From contig JBHLLO010000080.1 of the NCBI GenBank assembly GCA_048885535.1, positions 1 to 13,382 on the forward strand: a stretch of DNA of 13,382 nucleotides. Direction: 5' to 3'. A program made the position numbers and the translations under genes. Of this stretch, positions 6,393 to 13,382 are shown one piece after another (position 1 is the first letter of the stretch; each line of letters begins with the position of its first letter). Origin of the DNA: Candidatus Hermodarchaeota archaeon. Lineage in GTDB: Archaea; Asgardarchaeota; Lokiarchaeia; Sigyniarchaeales; SOKP01. The notes below the pieces were generated by a model. The model was not told the DNA's origin, did not search any database, and saw only the letters and a list, made by a program, of their open reading frames with translations.

Positions 6393-8033
6393 ATGTCAAA
6401 ACGAATTGTAATTGCATCAGTTCTGTTGGTTGTAATGGGCTCTGGTCTAATTACTGGTGGTATCTTAATTAAAGATTATATTAATGAACAAGTCGTTAAT
6501 TCTGTTGATGAGGGTTTATTGGGGATCGAAGAGGAAGCCTTACCGATGATTGAATCAATGATAGCAGAATTAGGTATACCTAGAACACTTAGGGATATTA
6601 GAAAGATTGGATTAACAGAAACCGAAGCAATAGTTAATGCAACTTTCTTTATGTTTCTAATTAATATGACTTTACATGAGCCATCTGTATTAGGGGTTGT
6701 CCCTTTAGAGCTATTATTTGATCGTTGGATTCAATGGGTATTAATTATTCCTGTTACTTACAGTTCATCTCTGCAAGGAATGGGTTATCCTCCCATTAAA
6801 GGGATTTCAGAATACCATCAACAAAATCTTTGGTATGGAAATGCTAAATATTTTTTGATCAATGGAGCGGATACACTTCCAGGTTTAGTGGGTAATAATA
6901 CATTAGGTACGGGTGTTTTAGAATTTCTTGAATTATATGATAATGCAAATGGAAATCCAATTTTAGAACAAGAGCTTGCTGTTGGTTATAATACGACTTG
7001 GATTAAACTTACTAAATTAATTGAATATTATAGAGATTATTTTGTTCCTATAGCAATCCCAATGTTAGTAGCAAATTTATCTACAATTATGCCAAAATAT
7101 TCTGGGATGAATACAAAGGACATCGCAGAGATGTTTTTCTTTATGCAATGGGCAAACTGTTCTTTATTTGAAACAGGTATAGATCTGAGCTCAATGGTAG
7201 ACGATTTGGAGGAACCACTTTATGGATTTGAAGTTAGCAGATTTAATCCTTCGAATATCACACTCAGTTCGATTTACTCACTCTGGGATGATAATGACAT
7301 AAAGGCAATCACCAATGACACTGGAATTAATGAATGGATAATTGCTATCAACAATATAACAAAACAACAAGAGTTAGGGGAGTATTTTCGTTTACAACCC
7401 TACCAAATAAGTATGTTGTTAAATTGGTTATGGGTAGAGTCATTTAAATGGAATATTGTCCCTGTACTTATATTACTTCCACCTCCGCTTGGAGAGGGAA
7501 TGACTTTATCGGAATTTGCTAGAAATATTTTTTTAGAAGTTTGGACCAATGGAACGGCTGATGGTAAACGCTTATATCCATATGGCTTTCCGCTCAAATT
7601 AAAAGCAGGTACAATATATGGATTCGAAATTGGTTATAGAGATCAATCTCATCCAGTTATACCCACTAATATATCATTAGAATCTGCAAAGTCTCTTTGG
7701 AATTTCTCAAATCCATATTCATTGGTAAGCAGTATCGGTTTAAAAGATTGGTATTATGCTTTAGATAATCCTAATTCTGCTATTACTTACGGCCTGCAGT
7801 TAGCAAATCAACTTACTTCTAATCAAATAAAAATGATCTTTGTATGGTTACCAAAATTTCGGGATAACATCATGCCATTCCTTGCACAAGAGGATCAAAA
7901 TTTACCGATGGACTCAACGACCTTAGGAAATGTGATAATGATTGGAACTATAGTTCCTGGAGGTATTTTAATTTCGCTCTCTATTACTGCTATAAGTAGA
8001 AATTTAGGCAAGAAAAGAAGATTAAAAACGTAA
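6393..8033 (+). CDS. Two-TM cell-surface glycoprotein with internal repeats (paralog B, tandem duplicate)
   Basis: 546 aa, colinear with 4693-6366 (shared DEGLLGIEEEA, YPYGFPL, DQSHPVIP, WLPKFRDN, FLAQEDQNLP). About 12 sequons; 26-nt gap suggests an operon. Confidence 0.8.
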   Translation: MSKRIVIASVLLVVMGSGLITGGILIKDYINEQVVNSVDEGLLGIEEEALPMIESMIAELGIPRTLRDIRKIGLTETEAIVNATFFMFLINMTLHEPSVLGVVPLELLFDRWIQWVLIIPVTYSSSLQGMGYPPIKGISEYHQQNLWYGNAKYFLINGADTLPGLVGNNTLGTGVLEFLELYDNANGNPILEQELAVGYNTTWIKLTKLIEYYRDYFVPIAIPMLVANLSTIMPKYSGMNTKDIAEMFFFMQWANCSLFETGIDLSSMVDDLEEPLYGFEVSRFNPSNITLSSIYSLWDDNDIKAITNDTGINEWIIAINNITKQQELGEYFRLQPYQISMLLNWLWVESFKWNIVPVLILLPPPLGEGMTLSEFARNIFLEVWTNGTADGKRLYPYGFPLKLKAGTIYGFEIGYRDQSHPVIPTNISLESAKSLWNFSNPYSLVSSIGLKDWYYALDNPNSAITYGLQLANQLTSNQIKMIFVWLPKFRDNIMPFLAQEDQNLPMDSTTLGNVIMIGTIVPGGILISLSITAISRNLGKKRRLKT

Positions 8034-8044
8034 AATCAAGTAAA

Positions 8045-8590
8045 CTATTTCTTTTTATTTTTAATATTTGTGTATTTTTTAATTGCTCTTTCTCTCCAAA
8101 TTGTATTCCATCTTTTAAATCCGGATTTTACATACTTCTCTCTTCTATAGAAATTATAACAAACCCAATTATATAGGATAAAATATCTTTTTACTCCACT
8201 TTCTTTCGTTAGTTTTTTAGATTTTATGCCCAAATCATTCTTTAAATGAGAGATAAATTTACCTTCAATTGCATCTTGTAGTTTCCCTTCGATAATTGAA
8301 TTTTCATAATTAATACCCTCTTCATAAAAGTAGTTTCTAACTTCATCAAAAATATTTCCTCGACAAAGTACTATCTTTTCTTCGTCTTTATTAAAGTTTA
8401 ATTCCCTTAAACCTTCCTTAACTAATTCTAACGTTCTTTTATAAGGTGCCTTATTTTTCCAATTTTCATTTTGAAATAGCTCTACTGGCAGTGTTTTGAA
8501 AATTATTTGTCCAGTTTCTTTTCTTAATAAGCCAATAAATGCGTTCCCAACTATGTCTCCAGTCCCAGCATCATCAATTTCAATCGTCAT
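8045..8590 (-). CDS. RNase HII/HIII-like (RNase H fold) protein, atypical
   Basis: N-terminal IEIDDAGTGDIVGNAFIG resembles the type-2 RNase H first motif (GIDEAGRG / GSDESGKGD). ATG at 8590 (MTIEIDD) is preferred over TTG at 8608. Confidence 0.55.
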   Translation of the reverse strand: MTIEIDDAGTGDIVGNAFIGLLRKETGQIIFKTLPVELFQNENWKNKAPYKRTLELVKEGLRELNFNKDEEKIVLCRGNIFDEVRNYFYEEGINYENSIIEGKLQDAIEGKFISHLKNDLGIKSKKLTKESGVKRYFILYNWVCYNFYRREKYVKSGFKRWNTIWRERAIKKYTNIKNKKK

Positions 8591-8610
8591 TTTAATGCAT
8601 GATTTCAAAA

Positions 8611-9990
8611 TTATTGTAAAAAGTGTTTATTTTTATCCTCAATTTCTGATCTTCTTTTTCGCATTAATTCTCTAAATTGTTTAGCTTCTTTAGGATAATA
8701 ATAGTATGTTACAATCCAAAATGTTCCCCCTAATAGATTTATAAGCAATACTAATGAAACTGAAAATGGTAATAATGAGATGTCTTGTTCTATCAATGAA
8801 GATAAGACTAAATTTCCAATAATTGCACCAATATTTACCATTACACTATTAAATGCATTCGTGGTATTTCTTACTTCAGGAGCACTTACTTCTGAATATA
8901 TCGCAAATTGATTACCTACTGAGAAGTTTATGAAGAAATATCCCATAAAACCTAAAATTATAAAGATAATCCAAGAAAATGTAATTTCAATTATGGTCCC
9001 TGTAAAAAAGGGTAATAAGTAAAATCCTAACAAACATAATGAACCAAGTACAACTCCTATAAATGAAAAAATAACACGCCCTTTCAATTTTCCTGAATTA
9101 TAGTATTTATCTCCTAATCTCCCTCCAATAATAACTCCTGGTAAGCCTCCTGCCCCAGATATTAGATAAAGAATAGAGGCATATAATTCTGAGCCACCAC
9201 CGCTAATTTTTATACCCAAATAAAAAATACCCCATAATGCAATTGTAGAAATTGCAATACCTTGACATAGTACATAAAGTAAAACACTTAGGACGGATTT
9301 TTTCTTAAATAGGGTGAGTAGATTACTAAAAGTAATTTTATAATTATATTCAATTGAAGCTTTAAGGTCAATAAACTCGGGTTCACTACTAGCTCTTTTA
9401 GGGTTAACAGCTTTTAACCCATAGATGGATAACGGTATTAAACCTAGGAAGAATCCAGCCCCATATGCATATCTCCATCCTCCAGATCCAAGATAGGTTC
9501 CCAAACTTCCACCAAGAATTACTCCAACTCCAACACCTAAAGCTAAACTGACCTGCATTGTTCCGTATTTTTTAGCTCTATCTTTAGGTGGAAAGAAATC
9601 ACCAATGATTGAATACCCTATTGGTAAAAATGCTCCCGATCCAATAGCAGCAATAGAGATAAATATTAAATAGAAAACATAATTAACAGCTAAGGATGCT
9701 AAACCATAACCAATAATCCAAATGATATTGGTATAAAAAAATAGCCATTTCCGTGGAATTTTTTCTGAGATTTTATCGCAAAAATAGCCAAAGAATAATG
9801 AGCTTACTATAGATATTATATAAAATGCAGCTATTGACAATCCAATAGCAAATTCAGTGGTTCCAGTTAAGAATAATATTAAGTTATCCAAATTAGCAGT
9901 TAAAACACCCGTACAGTAAAAAAGGGTCAAATACAAGAACCATATTGAACGAAAAGTAGTTAGTGCGATTTTACTTTTAGTATTTGCCAT
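8611..9990 (-). CDS. Major facilitator superfamily transporter
   Basis: About 12 hydrophobic segments. Motif A-like GYFCDKISEKIPRK and GRLGDKY, plus IIGDFFPPKDRAKKYG. ATG at 9990 (MANTKSK) is probably the start; GTG 10002 is the alternative. Confidence 0.9.
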   Translation of the reverse strand: MANTKSKIALTTFRSIWFLYLTLFYCTGVLTANLDNLILFLTGTTEFAIGLSIAAFYIISIVSSLFFGYFCDKISEKIPRKWLFFYTNIIWIIGYGLASLAVNYVFYLIFISIAAIGSGAFLPIGYSIIGDFFPPKDRAKKYGTMQVSLALGVGVGVILGGSLGTYLGSGGWRYAYGAGFFLGLIPLSIYGLKAVNPKRASSEPEFIDLKASIEYNYKITFSNLLTLFKKKSVLSVLLYVLCQGIAISTIALWGIFYLGIKISGGGSELYASILYLISGAGGLPGVIIGGRLGDKYYNSGKLKGRVIFSFIGVVLGSLCLLGFYLLPFFTGTIIEITFSWIIFIILGFMGYFFINFSVGNQFAIYSEVSAPEVRNTTNAFNSVMVNIGAIIGNLVLSSLIEQDISLLPFSVSLVLLINLLGGTFWIVTYYYYPKEAKQFRELMRKRRSEIEDKNKHFLQ

Positions 9991-10112
9991 AGAAGATATC
10001 ACTTATATGAAATAAATTCTGTTCAAAATGATAATAATATTATTGTATTGAGAATTATTTAAAAGATTATAGTTCTCATGAAAAACTCTTAATTATATCA
10101 TTTTGATTTATA

Positions 10113-10901
10113 ATGGAATTTGAAATTTTAGTTATAGGAAATGAAATTCTAATTGGAAAAACTCAAGACACAAATTCAAATTGGATGGCTAAAAGAATTG
10201 CAAAGTATGGACATAAATTAAAAAGAATAACTACTATTGGAGATGATATAAATGAGATATCATCATTTTTGATTAAAATCTTAAAACGAAAGCCAGATAT
10301 AATCATTACCTCTGGAGGACTTGGACCAACCTGGGATGATAGAACTTTAGAAGGTGTAGCTAAAGCATTGAATAAAAAACTTGAGTTAAATCAACATGCT
10401 TATAACTCAATAAAGAAAGCCTATGAGCATGCTTATCATAGAGGTCTTTTAAGATTAGAAGGAATGACTAAAGAAAGAGAAAAGATGGCTTATCTTCCTC
10501 AAGGATCGACACCCTTGCCGAATACAGTTGGTACTGCTCCAGGGGTTAAGTTAACCAAGGAAAATGTTAAACTTTTTATATTACCTGGTGTTCCAGCTGA
10601 AATGAAAGCAATGTTTAGAAACATTATAACACCAATGTTAAAAGAAAAACAAGGTAAATTTGTTGAGCAGAGTTTTCTCATTTCTAGAATTGGAGAGAGC
10701 CAAATTGCTCCTTATATCACCAAATTAGAAGAAAAATATCCGCAACTTTGGATAAAAACTCATCCTAGAATAGGATTATCTGTAGAAGTAGAGATTTCTA
10801 TTACCTGTTTCGATGTGGAGAATGGAGAGGAATTAGTTAATAAAGCTTTAAATGAAGCTAAAGAAATAGTTTTGAATTTGAATGGCATAATAAAACAATA
10901 A
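10113..10901 (+). CDS. cinA: CinA N-terminal / MoCF-biosynthesis-like domain protein (COG1058; competence/damage-inducible protein A-like, probable nucleotide pyrophosphatase)
   Basis: Motifs IGNEILIGKTQDTNSNW, TIGDD, SGGLGPTWDDRT, NTVGTAPG, LPGVPAEMKAMF and GESQIAP. No C-terminal PncC deamidase domain. Confidence 0.88.
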   Translation: MEFEILVIGNEILIGKTQDTNSNWMAKRIAKYGHKLKRITTIGDDINEISSFLIKILKRKPDIIITSGGLGPTWDDRTLEGVAKALNKKLELNQHAYNSIKKAYEHAYHRGLLRLEGMTKEREKMAYLPQGSTPLPNTVGTAPGVKLTKENVKLFILPGVPAEMKAMFRNIITPMLKEKQGKFVEQSFLISRIGESQIAPYITKLEEKYPQLWIKTHPRIGLSVEVEISITCFDVENGEELVNKALNEAKEIVLNLNGIIKQ

Positions 10902-10915
10902 TAATTTAAATTTCT

Positions 10916-10989
10916 AGATGCCACCTCGCATGTGGAATTCTCAATAAACTCTCACCATAAAGGTGTTTAGGTTTATATCACTGACATCT
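10916..10989 (-). ncRNA. Eukaryote-like SECIS element (cis-acting) in the selD 3' UTR
   Basis: Minus strand reads AGAUGUCA-GUGAU-AUAAAC-CU-AAA-CACC-UUUAU-GGUG-AG-A-GUUUAU-UGAG-AAUUCCACAUGCGAGG-UGGCAUCU. This gives an RUGAN/NGAN non-Watson-Crick core, helix II, unpaired AAA, an apical mini-stem and a closing helix I. Confidence 0.88.
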
Positions 10990-12018
10990 TTATAAATTTT
11001 GTATTTCAATATTTTCTATGTTTTCATCAACCCTAACAATTCCAGGTTTCAAAGAATCAATGGTTCCAATAATCCAATTCTTAATCCCTCTACTATAAAG
11101 TGTATTAGAAAATTCTTCTGTTTTAACAGGATCAATCACCATCAACATACCTCCCGCGGTCTCATGACAGGCACAACTATCAAAAGCATAACCTAATTCA
11201 GTTGAGAGCTCCTTTGATAGTTTTATAGAAGGAACTTTTTCTAGAATCGCTGATAAATTAGAATTTTGTAATAATTCCTTAGTATGACCCGCCAATCCAA
11301 AACCAGTGACGTCAGACATAGCATGTATGAAAGAGAAATCTTTGTAAGAATGTATAGTCTTTACTACATTTTGGTTTGACGTGGTCATAATTTCAATAGC
11401 AAAGTTTATAGATTTCTTTAACTCAACTTCTGAATATTGTTCCAACATTTCAGGGAAATCTTTTAAAATTCTGTATGCTGCCATTATTGCCTGAATTCCT
11501 ATTGGTTTTGTAAGGATTAATTTATCTCCATCTCTAACGCCTTGCTTTTTAATAATCAAATTCCTTTGGATATAACCAGACGCTTCTCCACCTATTAATG
11601 GATCCTGAGTATATATAGTATGTCCACCGACTATTTTAGAATTAATTTTGTTCTCCATAAAGTTTTTAATCCCTATAAGTATTCTTTCCGCAATATTCAT
11701 AGGCATATTAGTATTTATCCCTAGAAAAACTAACATCCCCGAAATTTCAGGCACATTCATCGCAAAAATATCGTTTGTCACATTGCATGCTGCAATTTCA
11801 CCTTGAATTTCTGGTTCATCTACGATTGGGGTGAAGATATCCAAATTTTTCACTAGAACTAAATCACTATCAGGTATCGGTAATACAGCAGCGTCCTCAA
11901 AGTCTCCAAGTATTCCTGCTTTCCGCAATAAATCTTCTAGACTATTTGGACCAAGTTTACATGATCAACCGTGTATTTTAACTTGTGAAGTAAGTCTATA
12001 CTCTTTCTTTTTTTCCAT
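10990..12018 (-). CDS. selD: Selenide, water dikinase (selenophosphate synthetase), selenocysteine-containing (Sec18)
   Basis: From ATG 12018: MEKKKEYRLTSQVKIHG-TGA(11965-11967)-SCKLGPNSLEDLLRKAG..., in frame with the 10990-11928 ORF (342 aa total). SelD motifs DIFTPIVDEP, GGHT, LILTKPIG, DVTGFGLAGH and ETAGGML are present. Confidence 0.96.
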
Positions 12019-12021
12019 ATC

Positions 12022-12028
12022 TCACCTC
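12022..12028 (-). promoter_or_regulatory. Shine-Dalgarno site of selD
   Basis: Minus strand GAGGTGA-GAT-ATG is a strong archaeal SD directly before ATG 12018. Confidence 0.85.
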
Positions 12029-12080
12029 GATGTCTTTTTTAATTTAGAGTAATTTTATTGTTTTTGTATAATCAACAAAC

Positions 12081-12194
12081 TATTTTTTCGAAGTTGATAT
12101 TTTTCGAAATTGCTAATTATATTTTAGTTTATCCATTTTTTCAATAAACTTATTGATGATTTCGATAAATCGAAACTGTTAGGAATAAACTAAA
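12081..12194. repeat. Cluster of direct and nested inverted repeats upstream of selD
   Basis: Tandem TATTTTT(T)CGAARTTG x2 (12081-12112). Outer inverted repeat TTTAGTTTAT (12123-12132) / ATAAACTAAA (12185-12194) encloses TCAATAA-AC-TTATTGA (12141-12156) and TTTCGAT-AA-ATCGAAA (12160-12175). Confidence 0.65.
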
Positions 12195-12200
12195 TTTTTA

Positions 12201-13382
12201 TTAGGGTAAGAGGAGATCAATTTTCTTTGTTGTTTTGCGAGTGATATCGAACGGATCTCTATAATACAGATTAAGCTTAATCTCATCTACAGTTGGATCT
12301 GCTAGGTTTTTCTCAATATTCCTGTCGATTTTAACAACATAATTAAATTTAAATACACTCCCAGACTTCAACTCACTAAGATACAAGTAGCTTGGAAAAC
12401 TCTCTTTCATAATAAACGTGAGATATGAAGGTATTTTCAACGAAATCTGGATTTCTCGAAATTCGAAATTTGTAGGGTTGTTTAATTTAAAATTTAAATA
12501 CATTTTATTACCTATTGTTTTTATATTTTTGAAAAAGAGTAGATCTTTAGCTTCAATAATATCATCTTCAAGTCGAGGTGAGTAGAGGTTTTCATTTATT
12601 ATTTTTGCATTTAGTTTTCCTTTATGAATGAAGTTTAAGATAATCTCTTTTAAATACTCAACTTCTAATTCTAAGTATGAGGCAAGGCTTTCTAAATTTA
12701 TTGGATTAATTACTTCTAAATAATATTTAATTTGGCTCAAATAAATTTTGCTATAACCCTTTTCTGAGAAGTTTTTAGATTTATTAATAAGTAATTCTTT
12801 TGCTGATACAAATTTAGTAATAAATGGTCTAATATATAAATTAAAAATGTCATTTCTCTCTTCAGCGACTTTACCAATTATATTGTCAATTTGAGCTTCA
12901 TAATCTTCGATAAAGTTTTGTATTTGCCTTGAATTCATTTCAATAAGTTTCTTTGCATCACGAAATTCACTCTTTTGAATAAGTGTATTTAATTTTAAAT
13001 TCAGTTTATCAAACCCATCATTAAATTTTTTAAAACCTTCGATGCCTTGGGTTATTATCGATTGAATATGCCCTTGAAATAATTGAAATCCTAATTCATT
13101 TTTGATTCCATTAACTTTTAATTCCTGTTTATCTTCTTTGGTCGTTTCTACGAAATAATTTACTATTTTGTCTTTTATTTGTTTTATTTTCTTATCTAAT
13201 TCACTTAAAAACTCTTGAATCTGGATTTTTGATTCAACCCATCTCCTTACTAAATCTTTAAATATCTCATTAAATTCTACATTATTTACTAAAATGTCTC
13301 TAATTTCATCATCAAGTCTAAATAGATAATTTCTTAATTGCGTAATTTGAGTGAGACCCTCTTCTATTTCTTTATCTTGGGT
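12201..13382 (-). CDS. 5'-truncated large helical/coiled-coil protein with PCI-like winged helix and C-terminal Ig-like beta-sandwich
   Basis: The frame is open from the window edge (148 extra codons upstream of 12938, no stop). PCI-like segment INPINLESLASYLELEVEYLKEIILNFIHKGKLNAKII, then a beta-rich tail (MYLNFKLNNPTNFEFREIQISLKIP...IKLNLYYRD). Confidence 0.75.
   Translation of the reverse strand, partial: TQDKEIEEGLTQITQLRNYLFRLDDEIRDILVNNVEFNEIFKDLVRRWVESKIQIQEFLSELDKKIKQIKDKIVNYFVETTKEDKQELKVNGIKNELGFQLFQGHIQSIITQGIEGFKKFNDGFDKLNLKLNTLIQKSEFRDAKKLIEMNSRQIQNFIEDYEAQIDNIIGKVAEERNDIFNLYIRPFITKFVSAKELLINKSKNFSEKGYSKIYLSQIKYYLEVINPINLESLASYLELEVEYLKEIILNFIHKGKLNAKIINENLYSPRLEDDIIEAKDLLFFKNIKTIGNKMYLNFKLNNPTNFEFREIQISLKIPSYLTFIMKESFPSYLYLSELKSGSVFKFNYVVKIDRNIEKNLADPTVDEIKLNLYYRDPFDITRKTTKKIDLLLP

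Noticed and set aside
7400-7597. 65-aa minus-strand ORF
   Set aside because: Antisense shadow of surface-protein paralog B.
10499-10681. 60-aa minus-strand ORF
   Set aside because: Antisense shadow of cinA.
11900-11964. Bacterial-type SECIS immediately downstream of the UGA
   Set aside because: No convincing stem-loop is visible there, and the 3' UTR element explains recoding.
11965-11967. selD as a pseudogene with a premature stop
   Set aside because: The single TGA falls exactly on the catalytic Cys/Sec position, the upstream peptide and SD are intact, and a SECIS follows the gene.
10999-12052. Plus-strand ORFs 10999-11196 and 11831-12052
   Set aside because: Antisense shadows of selD with no independent support.
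12081-12112. Tandem repeat as a CRISPR remnant
   Set aside because: Only two adjacent ~16-bp units, no spacers and no cas genes.
12141-12150. 10-mer TCAATAAACT shared with the SECIS 3' arm (10941-10950), suggesting a second SECIS
   Set aside because: It lacks the RUGA 5' core and AAA/apical stem. An AT-rich 10-mer match can arise by chance.

Overview
AT-rich, gene-dense archaeal chromosomal segment, most consistent with Asgard archaea (Lokiarchaeia-like). Support for this is a stand-alone ribosomal protein S30e, GGTGA-type Shine-Dalgarno sites, MIT-, PCI-, TPR- and zinc-ribbon proteins, and a eukaryote-like SECIS; the taxonomy is inference. The main hidden signal is a selenoprotein. selD starts at ATG 12018 and reads through an in-frame TGA (11965-11967, G-U-S-C-K active site). 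A eukaryote-type SECIS hairpin (GUGA/UGA kink-turn core, AAA, apical mini-stem) lies immediately 3' of its stop codon at 10916-10989. The ORF track misses or truncates several real genes: a 55-aa zinc-ribbon protein (581-748), rpS30e (940-1143) and the wHTH half of a wHTH-V4R-like regulator (3856-4557). The last two appear to initiate at ATT. Also present are two tandem paralogous, sequon-rich, two-TM surface proteins with ~135-aa internal repeats behind a palindromic operator, an atypical RNase HII/HIII-like protein, an MFS transporter, a CinA-N (COG1058) protein, and a 5'-truncated coiled-coil/PCI/Ig-like protein. No mobile element, CRISPR array, tRNA or rRNA was seen.
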